Notes: a model not told the origin generated them from the sequence alone. DNA of 64,000 bases from Rhynchobatus australiae (GCA_034780895.1 JAUZTB010000098.1:80671639-80735638), one strand, 5' to 3'. Positions 1 through 13,100 are shown, counted from the stretch's first letter. Numbers and translations: made by a program.

Positions 1-54
1 AACATCTCTAATTCATCATACCTCACAAAGCTAAAATCCAGTATAAAGTTAAAA

Positions 55-260
55 AAGAAAGGAAATGCTGGAGACACTCAGCAGGTCAGGGAACATATGT
101 GGAGAGAGAAACAGAGTTAATGTTTAAGGTCTTGGAAGTTTGACAAACAGCCTTAGACCTGTAATGTTAACTCTGTTTCTCTTCTCACTGGTACTGCTGA
201 CCTGCTAAGTGATTCCAACAATTCCAGTCTTTTTTTTTAAAGATTTTCACTACCTGGAGT
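55..260. mobile_element. Short inverted-repeat (hairpin) element related to Penelope-like termini
   Basis: Positions ~64-131 (aatgctggagacactcagcaggtcag...cagagttaatgtttaaggtc) are the imperfect reverse complement of ~157-222. The same terminus flanks the Penelope remnant at 56290-58330. Confidence 0.7.
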
Positions 261-473
261 TTCTTTGATTTTAAAATCAGTAAGAGTTCTATTCCTTACT
301 AGAAAGGACCTGCATATACTACTCTTCAACAAGGAACAGAAAACTAAAGCCAAGAGCTTCACGTAAACAGGATAATTTTACTTTATGTAAAAGGATAATG
401 ACTCCGATGCCAATCATTCACCAATATGGACGGCCACACACAAGCAATGACTGCTACAGAAGATCCTACTTAC

Positions 474-521
474 GTGTAGTTATGAGCCACCAGAGGAGAC
501 CCATCAATAAATAGATCTTAT
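474..521 (-). other. Candidate 48-nt cassette exon in the intron after coding exon 9
   Basis: Acceptor tattttctag|ATA; donor CAC|GTAAGT; unique, non-repeat sequence. Confidence 0.35.
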
Positions 522-589
522 CTAGAAAATATTCACATTTCACAACAAATACCATCTTGTCTTGTTTTAGCTAAAACCACATTGACCCT

Positions 590-925
590 GTCTGATTGTT
601 TAATGGTTTTTCGAAATATCCTGCCATTATCTCTTTAAAAATGGATTCAGACACATTCCCAATGCCAGATTTTAGGCTAACTGACATAAAGTTTCCTGTT
701 TTCCATCTCTGTCCTTTATTGAACAGTGATGTTATACATGCAGTTTTTCAGTCCTCTGGGATCTCTCCAGGATTAGGGAATCTTGGTGGATTACAGACAA
801 TGCATCCAATATCTCTGCAGCCACTGAGACCCTTGAAGGTAAGTCATGAGTTTCAGGAGACTTGTCAGTCTTTAAATCGATACATTTCATCTAGCGATAG
901 AGATTGTTTTAACTCCTTCTTCTCC
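590..925 (-). mobile_element. CR1 LINE internal fragment (upstream of the RT core)
   Basis: The minus strand resembles the GEIPEDxKTAxITSLFNKGQR...NFMSVSL region of CR1 ORF2. Confidence 0.65.
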
Positions 926-2869
926 ATAGTCATTTTGGTGCTGTAACAAAACTACGTAACAATGCATCTGTTTGGTGCTGTAACAATTCTCTCATTCAGA
1001 GCAAGGAGTGGAGGTGGGGGGAAGGGGTTGGCTNNNNNNNNNNNNNNNNNNNNNNNNNNNNNNNNNNNNNNNNNNNNNNNNNNNNNNNNNNNNNNNNNNN
1101 NNNNNNNNNNNNNNNNNNNNNNNNNNNNNNNNNTAATTATGCTTGCCTTTCGGCAGGGATACTCCAGTTCTCCTGCTAGTGCTTTGTTGTATTGGCATCT
1201 TATAAACATGTCATTGTCTGCACGTTTACAGTCATCCAACACGTCATGAGAAGGGATGAAAGGAAAAGCGTCAACTGCTGGTAAAACAGTCACAATGGTG
1301 TCAGGATCTGGAACCTTCTTCTACTGAGATAATGACTCCTATTTCATATATAGGCAGTAACAAGGCCTGTATTTTTAGTTCCTGTATTTTTAGGGAGACA
1401 GAATGTGGAGCAGTTGGAAGCTGCATTTAAAATATAGTTGTTCTGCTCACATGGGCGTTACTGTCAGTCTGGATGGATTGAGCGGAGGCCAAGAACGGTA
1501 TTAATCTTCTGAAGCTATACAACAGCACTACCACTGTAGCATGCTGAGTGGAGATGATCCTTTAACTGCATCGTTATTTAACGACTCAGTTGTCACGAGT
1601 TCAAATCCCAACATAGTTGCAAGTCTGGTCATCTGTGGAATGGTACCAGAAAAATCTTCCACAAAAGGCCTAAAACCTCCAGCTACTTCACTAAATTCTC
1701 AAGGAAGGGAGCTAACCTGGTTCAGCTTACATGCAACTCCCAGCCCATACTGTAAAAGTAACTTGGGACAAAACAGAATCTTGAGTTTCAAGCGAAGGTT
1801 CTTCCATTCGGTACAAGGTCACAGATTGGAACATCAGTGATAAGGCTGGCTTTGATTATCCATCCCTAACAGAGTAGGCAGTTAAGAGTCAAATACATTG
1901 GTTGGTCTGGTCACATATAGGCCAGCCTGGGTAAGGAAGCTAGATTTGTTCCCCAGAAGGACATATTCTTTTTTCTTGATGCTAATCTTGATGCTAGCAG
2001 TTTCATTGTTACCAGCACTAGCTGTTCTTAATGTTCTAGATTCAATTAATTACTTTAATTTAAAATCCCCTGGCTGCTATGATAGAATTCAAACATGTCT
2101 ATTACTCAATGGTCCAAAACTCTGGATGCTCTATGGTAACTTAACCACTATACCAACCAAACTCACAATGACTTAGCAAACACACTGAACTCTAGGCTCA
2201 CATGGGTATTGATCAGAATCTTTGATCAGATGAGGATCAAACTGCATCCACCAACTGAGCCCGAAAGCAGGAGATTGTTAGGAACACTCCTAAATTATTT
2301 ACAAGTTTCAGGTCATGAATCAGCCTAGCATGGGAGGGAAAGAGCAAGGGGAAATAAAAAGGGTGTCCAAGATGAAGCAGTGTCAGATCTTGCACATACA
2401 CGACNNNNNNNNNNNNNNNNNNNNNNNNNNNNNNNNNNNNNNNCTGCCTAAAATCAATGTGGTTTCCCAATTTATTTGTAACTCTCAACAATATGATTCC
2501 TGGTTGACATTGATTTTGACCGACATACATGCGTTGACAGTCAAGGTACTGGTGTGAAGAAATATGTTTGTATGGCGGCAATCCTAATTGTATAGTGGTC
2601 TATAGAAATGAGGGGAAATGAACATTTCTCAGCTTAGTGCTTCAAAAAGAAATAAGGAAAGATGAGATATTTCAGATTCATTCAATGAATGAATGTACTA
2701 ACCACCTGCATAGATCAATCTCATTGATAGCAATGGGTCAACTAATCTGTGCTAACTCCACCTTACTCTGCTAGGAACAACGACAAGTAGCACCTTTAAC
2801 TGAAAGGCCTGGCATGGCTGGGTGACAAGTAAAGCAATATTTTCATGGTAAAACATTCAGAACAGTATA

Positions 2870-3360
2870 CACATTTCTATTTTTCTTCACAGGGATTGGC
2901 TGCCACTGGCACAATCAATATTTAGCTGCCTTTCTCTTGCTGCCCTTGACAAAGTGGAGGTCAGTCTTCTTGAAACTTGGTATAAATGTGCTCCCATAGC
3001 ACTGTGAGGGATAATGCCAGGATTTTGATCCAACCACCATAAAAGGTACAGCAATGCATGGCTAAACTACAAAGGTGTGAGCCTTGGGGGCAACTGGTGN
3101 NNNNNNNNNNNNNNNNNNNNNNNNNNNNNNNNNNNNNNNNNNNNNNNNNNNNNNNNNNNNNNNNNNNNNNNNNNNNNNNNNNNNNNNNATGAGATGTTAG
3201 AAGGAATGAAAATTTCAGGTGGAGGGGTTGGGGGAGGGGGTGGATGGTAGCTGGTCAAACTTTCTCCTGGAGCTTGACCAGCTACAAAGCTTCTTCAATG
3301 CTGTTGGAGTTGTCCCTAACTAGGCAAGTGGAGAGCATTCCATCACACTCCCAAACAGGG
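2870..3360 (-). mobile_element. LINE 3' fragment of the same family as 16170-17900
   Basis: Similar blocks: ccaggattttgatccaacc, gttggagttgtccct...ggcaagtggagagcattccatcacactcc. Confidence 0.6.
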
Positions 3361-4589
3361 AGGTGCTTCTAAGAAAATATCCAGTAAAGCGCAGCTGCTC
3401 TGAAGAAGTCCTACTCTCTTATAAAAATGAAACTCTTGATAGAAGTCTTAGAACAAATGCTGCTTAAGTTACTTATGATGGACGCTGCCTCTAAGTAGTT
3501 CAATCTCAAATTCTACCTGTGAAATAATAAAGCATTTTGATTTAATATTAAAACTTTAGTCTTAGGATGCTGACATAAAACTTTTGAACTAGCAGGGCTC
3601 ATTATTTACAGCTGGAAGGGCCTGTACTGCTCAGAATCTGGCCAATCAAAACAGTTGCTCTGTTCAAGCAGTCGCGACCGGAGGATCAGTTCATGGCAGG
3701 CGTGGATGTAATGACTGAAGTGTGGTGAGCAAAGGCAGCTCACCAATCTCAGGAAATTCCCAGCCATATCAGTTCAACAATTTCAGATAATACACATCTC
3801 CAGCATCTTTATAATTCATATTTTCAGGATCCACAGTATTACTATTTGCTATTTTCAAACGATAGTTCTGTTCCTCTTTTCCTGTCCTATTACAAATCTC
3901 TTTCACTATCATCTCTTTTGTCATTTAATCCCTCACCTTCCACCATATCACGGATCTTAGTTTTTCTTATTCCCTTTCCACTTTCACTGCAAGTTAAACT
4001 CTGTTTACTTTTAACTTTTCTCAGTGCAGATGAAAGATTATTGCCCTGAAACACTGATGCTTTCTCTCTCCATCAATTTTATTCCTTTTTATTTCAGATT
4101 TTAGTTTTGCTCTCCTGTTAACTGCTGGTTGCACTTGCAGTTATTTTTAGAAACAGTCCATTTTAATATACCAGAATAATTTAACATTATAACACTGACT
4201 ACAATTCAAAAGCACTCAAGTTGCTGTCAGGTGCTTTGAGACATCCTAAGGTTGTGAAAGGTGCTATATTTCTCCCTCTCACATTCTCCACTTGTTTATG
4301 GAGACGTCTGGATTTGGTTGAATAGCTGCACCTTTCGCGCAGAATGCTCCTTCCCTTCTTACAAATTCACACCTGAATGCTTCCTATCATACAGCTCAGA
4401 GTTAAAATGTCAAGAAGCAAATCTCACGTATAGTCACATTGAGAAGTTCAATGGGAGGTGAATGTGAATAATGACAAGGACAGCCTAACCACGTCAGGAA
4501 GACAAAGTGATAATTCCAAATGGCCCCTGTCTAGACAACCACCTGGACAAACCTGTGATAATTCAAATTTCTGCTGCACATTTACAGTA

Positions 4590-4950
4590 ACTGTTCACCC
4601 AGCACACTTATACCCACTGACCTTCATGAACTTCCAGCAGCACCTCAGTTCTAAGATTCAAGCCCTCAATGCCTCACTCCTTTCCATCTCTTCCAGCCGC
4701 ACTAGGTCTCTCCACAGCTCCACTTCTGGTCTCCTGCAGTTCCTTCATTTCCTTCACTCCATATCTGGCAGCCTGGTCTTCAGCTGTCCAGGCCCAGATT
4801 TCTACAACTCTCCACTCAATCTCTGCAACATCCCATCCTTTAATGTATTCCTTAAAATCTACTTCTTTTGACAAAATACTTGACCATCTATCCCAATGTC
4901 TCCTCCTTTGGCTGAATTAAAATTCTGTTTGATAATAAAGCCCAAGACAT
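4590..4950 (+). mobile_element. L2-type LINE 3' end
   Basis: Homologous to 39770-40115 (ctccttaaaatctacttcttttgac...aaattctgtttgataat). Confidence 0.65.
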
Positions 4951-7319
4951 TTTGCAGTGGGATTGATGGCCTTGCTCTTCTGGGAGCCACCATGGACCCA
5001 ATAGGCTAAGTGGCTTCCCTTGTGTTTTTGTAAGCATTGGGAAAGATGCAAGATGAATTAAAAGCTCTATGTGAATGTCACCACCATTGGTCCTTCCAAC
5101 TTCAGTCTTGCACAACATGACTGAGGGCTCACGTTTTTGTCACCAGGGGATAACTAAGTGCCAGCTTTGCCAATCCGGAAAAGCAGCTTTAAAAAAAATT
5201 GGTAGAAATTTTCTGGAAGAGAAGGGGTACATACTTTGCATTATCAGGCAACAGGTTGAAGGAAACCACTGAGTGAAGAAGGGGTGACACTGTTCAGCTT
5301 TGATTAATTCATTAGAAGCACCACCGAGACAGCAAGATGTCTCACTGAGTGAAGTAATATTGCTTTTAGTCATGCATTAAGACAGTTATAATAACTGGGC
5401 CTCAAAAATGTTTCTTAAAATAAATCTCATAAATTGTCAGCATTGAATAATCCAGAGCTTAACATTAAGAGTGTCAGCATTAAGGTCTCTAGAGAACCTA
5501 TACATTAACAATTTTTCCCTCTGAAGCAGCAAGAGATGTTTTTTGGTGCTTATATTCTTTCAGTCCCATTCTCACTCAGAACCTGCAAGTCCAGCCACCA
5601 CATCATCTCATCTTCATCAAGGATATCTTATATCATTGGTCCTGGCTCACAATGGCAATCAGAGGGGAGTTGATGAGCATGTGAGGGAAGAGGTTGCTCA
5701 AAGAACTGGCACAGGTTCAATAAGCCAAATGGCGTCCTTCTAGGTTGTAAGGTTCATTCATGTAGCTACTTCAACAGTTGAAACATTGCACTATATTTCT
5801 AGAGCTATTATATGAAGTCACTGTTTTAAAAATGGTGTCTTTGCTGATAGGATATTGGACATAGGTCTAATGCTGTCTGGATCCAGATAAAGTGCAATCT
5901 GTAAACTTTCTGCCCATTCAACTAACCGTTCTATTATTCAAGAAGGATTAACCACTTAACAGCAATTCCTGCTAAATGTTGCAGTTCTTGTACTTTGAGA
6001 CACGTGATGATTAGAACTGGATTTGGGTTGTCTTAACTTAGTCACCAGTGAAAGGACAATTTTTTCTCCGAAGCCTGAGTGCAGGTCTCAAAAGTGAACA
6101 ATTCAAATATAAAAAAAAACAAGAGTGGAAAAATGCTCTGAGGCAATTTAAACAATATTCATCATGTGTGATGTCATGTTAAATGCAGTCATGCATGGCT
6201 TTAGAGAAAAAAGTAGGTCAATCTTGAAATTTTCAATTACTCCAGTTGATAAAAGATTGCAGGAGTTGGGTTTCCACAGCTTGAATTTCAGTACAATGAA
6301 AGCTCAAATCTGAATGGCAAAAAGCAAAGAAGGTGAAGGTTCAGGTGGCATAATGCTTATCCTGTTCAGTATGGTCCCAACAGTTGTTAAAGCCAGTATT
6401 CCATTATTAAAGATAAATTAAATAAGATGACATGCAACTGCAGTGCACCAGCTTGCACATTAATGAGTTAATATCAAGCAGACCCCCATATTTAAAAAAA
6501 TACTCCACTTGAGTCACATTTTTATGTGTCAATGGCACTGCTAATGAACCCTTGTGTGAAAACACATTTCATGCTTTATCTTATTAAAAGAACATCAGCA
6601 GTCAGCTGTGGAACCAAGTTCATATTTAACCTCGTATCATGGCAGCTCATCTGGTCATATTGCAAAATTCAATTTCATTTGCTCTTTATTAAGATGTGCA
6701 TTGGCTTGAACCACCAGGAATAATCTGAGCAATTCCAAAACAAAAGCTGTCTTCAAGCCAGCAACTCCTCTCTCAACTTCACCCCACCATTAGAACTTGC
6801 TTCTGTCATTCTCACGCAATTCTGTTCAGGCTGGTTTTCGTGAAATAAAGATCACAAAAGGACAAGACTAGCAACCACGTTGCTCAACTCTGATTAGCCT
6901 TTCGCTATCAGGTTCAAAATTCATCAAGAAAAAAAAATGGCCATCAACTCAGCTATGATGTATTCCCATATAACCAGCTGCTGCAGGTGAGTAAAACTGA
7001 ACCACAAGCTGGGAGGCTGTCAGCACTGGGTGAGGAAATTGGCCATTCTTTAGGGCAACTATTTTCATAGGTTTGCAGCTTCTGCAGTCAGACAGTGAAA
7101 CCAACACAGCTGTACCAACACCAGCTGCTCAATTGTCATTTTCCTACCTTATTTGGATTACAGCACACAGAGAACTTAATACCAGCTACTCAAGTGTCAC
7201 ATTCCGAACTTAAAACACACATACACACAAGTTAAAAAATTGGAAGTAAAAATATTCAAGGCTTGAACTTCTCTCACATAGCACCAGACAAGTGAACTCT
7301 ATGTAAAGCACAAACACTG

Positions 7320-7640
7320 ACACAGGTAGCAGAGCTGCTGCCTCACAGCTCCACTGATCTGGGTTCAATCCTGACACTCAGTGCTGTCTGTGTGGAATTT
7401 GCATGTTCTCCCAATGAAAAGGGGCATTTCCCCTGGGTACTCCAGTTTCCACTTGCATCCCAAAGTCATGCGGGTTGGTAGGTTAACTGGCCACTGCAAA
7501 TTACCCAGGATGTGGAGAGGAGTGACGGANNNNNNNNNNNNNNNNNNGAGAGAATATACGAGGTTAGGGTCAGATCCATGTAAAAATGGGTGCTTGATTG
7601 TTAGCATGGACTAATAGACCAAGGGGCCTTTATCTATGAC
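7320..7640 (+). mobile_element. V-SINE (HE1-like) with CR1-derived tail
   Basis: tRNA-like head with B box gggttcaatcc, then the V-domain tgtgtggaatttgcatgttctccc...gtactccagtttcc...catcccaaag. Confidence 0.85.
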
Positions 7641-8509
7641 TAAATACAATTGGGTACTTTGGGTGCAGATCAGCATATTCCATCCAGGTCCTTCTTGTGA
7701 CATACATTTGTAAAGAAGCCACTGAGTTTGCAAAGTGACATCAACTGGTGTGCAATTCATGTTTTGATAGCACTTGCACAAAATTCTTGTGTGCCAATGA
7801 AGGTCATGATTCACACACAGTTGCCTTAAATGAAGAGTTCAGATCTGCCTCAGTATTAGTAGTAACCTTTGGTTACTTTCACATTTATTTCAAATGTCTG
7901 CTCTGGTTACTGCCCCCACCCCCTCCATCCCCTCCCCACAACCTGCAGAAACGGATTCTTCCTACTCCTCAGAACCACACAAACATCTTGGCTCTTTGTC
8001 TCTCTCTTATGATACTCACTCACCTTTTTTCCTAGTTATAATTCTCATTCTTTTTAATAATCTCTTTCCTCTTTGTTTCATACTTTTAACCTCTGTCTTC
8101 TTGCTCTGGGACAGCTTTTAATAAGCAAGTTTCTATCACATAAAGTCAGCTCAAAAAGATGATTGCAGTTGTTTCAGAGGCTGCTCTTTTAGTTACTTGA
8201 TCTTGAAAATTCTTGCCAACACTTATTCACAAGAAGCAAAAGGTAAACAGTTTGTTTCCCCAAACTTTAAACATATGAACTAACAAAATGCACCCAAAAG
8301 GTAAATGGAGAAATCCTAAGTTTGGCAGCAGTGATAAAAAGAACAGCAATTACAATACACCACTTCCTGAAGCAGTTTAAAACAGACTTATGAATCCAGC
8401 ACTGAAAAATGGCTCAAAGGCAGTTTTAATGAGGCAGGTGTGCAAATGCTGATTGATAGAAGAAGATAAGCCTGGCAACCTCCATCTCCCAATGTCTCTT
8501 TTATTCTTA

Positions 8510-8880
8510 CTCAGGATATTAGCACTGCTAGGAAGGCCAGAATTTATGACCCACCCCCAATTACTCAAAGGACACAGTGGTGACCTGTCTCCTTGAACTA
8601 TGAGAACTAGCTTGTGTGGGTTTTTAAGCCCACTTCCAAGGTGATTGAGAGTCAATAGTTTGTGGCTGGAGTCACGTACAGTGCAGACTAGGAGAAGGTG
8701 GCATGTTTCCTTCCTTAGAAGATCTGACTGAACCAGTTACTACAAAAAAAGACACTCCAACAGCTTTATAATTTCTCTTACTAATAATCAAATTTTTATT
8801 TGCCAAGTTGTAAACTAATTTTAATTTCCAAAAATGCCTTTGTATCTGAACTTGGATACTCTGAATTATTGGTCCAGCCT
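8510..8880 (-). mobile_element. Interspersed SINE/LINE-tail repeat (other copies ~1850-2160, ~18140-18330, ~34560-34810)
   Basis: Shared block gagagtcaa...gtggctggagtcac.tac....cagact...aagg..gcag.tttccttcc. Confidence 0.6.
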
Positions 8881-9254
8881 TATATGAGGACAGAAATACC
8901 CAAAACATTCATGCTTAAAATAAAGCAGACAACTCATTCAACCATCCCTACTTTCACATGTCATCAATAATGAATGATTATTTGGCACAGTGCTCAAAAC
9001 CAAGGCGATTCTGAGCCCTATAACTAAGATGTTCTTAGATCAATCAGTGCTCAGAATTCCCGTCAGAATCATTCCTTCAGAAAAACCAATTTCAGAGAGA
9101 CACACAGCTCAAAATAAAAATGGACATAGCATCACTTAAGCCATTGAACATTGCTATATCATCTAGGGCACTGAACCAAGTGAGATACAAGTACAAAAGA
9201 ATAGACACAGCCTTGAGCCTGTTCCACTGTTCCTGATGTTGCCGTTAATCTGCA

Positions 9255-9615
9255 TTGCAAGCCCCACCATCCGGGCCATGCCCTCTTCTTGATGCTGTCA
9301 TCAGGCAAGAGGTACTGGAGCCTCAAGACCCACACTTCAAGGTTCAACAACACTTTCTACCCCCCTGCCATCAGGTTCTTGAACCAACCTGAAAAACCCT
9401 AACACTATTTCAGACTATATTTCTTTTTTCTCTCTCTCTCAAAATAAACATAGCGATATTAGTGCAAGTTGAGAGAGAAAAAAAGAAATACTTTTGTCTA
9501 TTTTGTCTTGCAAATTATGCATAATTTATGTTAACTTATGTTTGTACGTAAAAAGCTAATTTTCATGGCATTTATACCTTGGGGATGTATGCCTATGACA
9601 ATAAACTTGAACTAA
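9255..9615 (+). mobile_element. Rex1/Babar-type LINE 3' end
   Basis: caccatccgggccatgccctcttc...tcaggcaagaggtac...aagacccacac and tail gacaataaacttgaact; homologous to 26950-27185. Confidence 0.7.
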
Positions 9616-10071
9616 TCCCCAATTAGAACTAAGTCCATCCAGCTATTTTGTTTCCCAAACCCTTCATAGCTTTGCCTAACATAAATCTACTAATGTTATT
9701 TCTCAATATTTACATAGAGTAAAACAAGGGTATCAAAGTAAAATATCTGCACACGATTTTACAGCAATTTTAGCAGTTGCAAAATAAAGGAGTTGTAAGG
9801 AATGCCAACAATAGAATCCTCTCAAATCCTCCAGTCCAGTAACAAAATGCATGGTGCAACCTCACTTTTAAAACATACAGTAGGAAATTAATGAAGAGCA
9901 AGTTTTTTTTAAAATCCAGAACAGCTATTTAACTAGAAAAGACAATGGCTAATTTTGAGGTCATGATAACATAACATCACACAAATACCCAAGTTTAACA
10001 TGCATTGTCATTGTATTGAGCTTGACAACTGATGAATTAGATATCAGATTGAAAGCTGTCCATATAATTAC

Positions 10072-10150
10072 CTGCCTCCTGTCGTCAGGGGCTTTAAGGA
10101 AGAGCGCATTTATCACAGCAATTGTGTAAGTCTGAATGTCAGCATCCGCC
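10072..10150 (-). CDS. ELMO1: ELMO1-like coding exon 9 ([26 protein letters not shown]), 79 nt
   Basis: Lies inside ORF 9961..10200; acceptor ttacaaaag|G GCG; donor CAG|GTAATT. Confidence 0.95.
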
Positions 10151-13100
10151 CTTTTGTAACCAAAATAATACAAAAAACAAATTAGTATGGAAACACACAT
10201 TTGTTTTGTACATTTTATACAAGGCCAACACCAGCAATTCTGTCAGTAAAATTATATCACAGCAATCAGATTTACATCCAAGTCTCAAAGTCAAATTGCT
10301 GGCTGAGAGCAAATTTCTAGTGAAAATCTACTTCTCATACACAAGTCAGTGCAGTGGTACTCCCAGTGATCGTGACTTATTTCTCACTGCACTTGGTCGA
10401 AAGCAAACACACTGTTTGGCTTAAATGCGAGAAGTGCTTTTTGAAGGAAAGCTTTGCAACTAGACCTTTTATTATGCTTTATTTTCTAAAAAGGATTTGC
10501 CTTCAAATCACCTGTCAAATNNNNNNNNNNNNNNNNNNNNNNNNNNNNNNNNNNNNNNNNNNNNNNNNNNNNNNNNNNNNNNNNNNNNNNNNNNNNNNNN
10601 NNNNNNNNNNNNNNNNNNNNTTGCCTTCAAATCACCTGTCAAATACAACTGGAAGAACTCTACTGCAGAACTACATAATGTATTCAGATGCATTAATATT
10701 TATATACACAAAAAAATTTATAAAGCCTGAAATGTAATATGTTAATTCTGTTTCAATGCTGTAACTCAGCTACTATGATTAAAAACTGTTTAACGGAGGA
10801 GCATTTGAATATCAAACACTTTCTTATTCAAGTAATTCTGGAAAACAATTTATCTCCTAGTTGGTAAGAGGTTCACAGAATCATGATGCAAGAGGCTCTT
10901 CAGCCGAACATGCCTCTGCTGACTGTATGAATAAGCAATCCAATTAGTCCTACTCCGTTACTCTTGCCCATATTTTTGTACTCTTCAAGTATATCCTCTA
11001 TTCCAAGTCAAATTTCACAAGTGAATTCTTTTCACCATCATTCATAACTTCCTGAGTAAAAAAAATCCTTCACACTTCTAATGTATTTTCCAACCTTCTA
11101 AATTTGTCTCTGTTAGACATCCTCTTGCCACCAGTCTACTAAAAGATAGTTATAGAGACATACAGCACAGAAACAGGTCCTTTAGCCCACTGAGTCTTCA
11201 CTGAACATCAAGCACCCATTTACACAAATCCTACATTAATCCAATTTTTTTTAAAATTCTTCCCACATTCCCACCAAATCCCTATGCACTCGGGGGGAAT
11301 TTACAGTAGCCAACTCACCCACCAACCCACACATCTTTGGGATATGGGAGGAAACTGGAGCACCCAGACCAAGCCCATGCGGTCACAGGGAGAATGTGGC
11401 AACTCCATGCAGACGACACCCAAGATCAGGTTTGAACCTGGGTCCCTGCCACTGCAGTGGGTGGCTCTACTAACTGTGCCACTGTGCTGTTTTTAGTGAC
11501 ACCTGAGAGGACAGAAATAATCAGGAAGTCACCTCTGTACTCTCTCAGTACTACACTGGAGTTTTGGCCNNNNNNNNNNNNNNNNNNNNNNNNNNNNNNN
11601 NNNNNNNNNNNNNNNNNNNNNNNNNNNNNNNNNNNNNNNNNNNNNNNNNNNNNNNNNNNNNNNNNNNNNTGTCTCTGTGAGACATCCTCGTGCCACCAGT
11701 CTACTAAAAGATAGTTATAGAGACATACAGCACAGAAACAGGTCCTTTAACCAATGTGTCCATGCCGACATTTGTATTTATCTGTACTAATCCCATTTGG
11801 TTCCTAACCTTCTATGCCCTGGCAATTCAAGTGCTTATCTCGATGCTCTTAAATGTTGTGGGAATATCTGCCTCCACTACTTTCTCAGGCAGTGCATTCN
11901 NNNNNNNNNCACCCTGTGGGTGAAAAAACTTCCCATTCAAATCCCCTCCAAACCTTCTACCTCTCACTTTAAACCTATGCACTCTTGTCTTAGACACCCC
12001 CATCATCAGAAAAAGATTCTTATTGTCTCCCATATCTATACCTCTCATAAATTGTTTGGAGCTGTCACAGGTAACCCCTCAGCCTCCTCCACTCTAAGCA
12101 AAACAAACCCAGCCTATCCAGTCTCTCCTCATAACTAATCCTGGTGAATCACCTCTGCACCCTCTCCAACACAATCACATCCTTCCTATATGGCAGCAAG
12201 AATTTCCTCTTAATCCACTCAATGGACAGCAATTCCAGTCACTCGAATTCCTCCAAGTAACCGAAATCATCTCTCTCCGGTACCATGCTAATAAATCCTC
12301 TCTGTACCCCCTCCAAGAACTGACTGTTTTTTCTCCAGTGTGATGCCCAGAATTGAACACACTTCATCAGCTGAGGCCTAACCAANNNNNNNNNNNNNNN
12401 NNNNNNNNNNNNNNNNNNNNNNNNNNNNNNNNNNNNNNNNNNNNNNNNNNNNNNNNNNNNNNTTCTTTCAGCTTCAAAGAACTGAGTAGTTTCAACCCAA
12501 GTCTCCCTATCCACTTTTAAAATTTTATTATATTAACTTTCATTTCAAAATGCATCACTTCAGAGTCCTCTGTTACAACTTTCAATTGCTATGTATTTGC
12601 CCATTTTACCTCTCTGCATCTTCCCAAAGTCTATCTTCCTCACCATTTCCTGAAGTTAGGTCCTGTACATCTAATCATTAATATATTAAANNNNNNNNNN
12701 ACTGAACCTTGGGGGTGCGGGGGTGGACTCATGAATACTTGGTTTGAATACCTCATGAATCATGAACACCTCAGTTTGAAAAACTACCATTCACCATTGC
12801 TCTCTGTGATCTCATTTGTATCCTCACTACTATTTGCCCTTCAGTCCTATGGGTTTCAATGTTCTTGACAGACATGGACACATCAGCAACACTACCCTCC
12901 ATCAACCCTCTCAAAGTAATCAAGTCTATCAAACACAACTCACTTCAACAAATCTACCTTGATTTATTAACCTATGCATGCACATGTGACATTGACTTTT
13001 GTCCTAGATTATGCTTTCCAACAGTTTTCCCAATAGCTTGCTGTTAAATCGGGTTTTCTCCTTCTGTCTACATTTGGACAGCAATTGGCAACCAAAACCA

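Noticed and set aside
934-986. 16-bp direct repeat tttggtgctgtaacaa, and a short tandem at ~1366-1393
   Set aside because: Ordinary micro-duplications with only two copies and no array structure.
1541-1840. 99-aa plus-strand ORF and an overlapping minus-strand frame
   Set aside because: No recognisable domain and no convincing splice or start context.
7335-7385. tRNA-like B-box sequences (also ~63440 and ~62570)
   Set aside because: These are tRNA-derived SINE heads, not tRNA genes; I see no cloverleaf.
1-10071. Next ELMO exon (expected EMANILAQKQLRSIILT-like)
   Set aside because: Not found by eye; presumably it lies beyond the window start or in a gap, so it is not annotated.
10497-10645. 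Direct repeats flanking ~100-N gaps (also ~34806/34936, ~51648/51768, 58656/58786)
   Set aside because: Identical 20-30 nt on both sides of a fixed-size gap is the signature of unmerged contig overlaps. These are not TSDs or CRISPR repeats.
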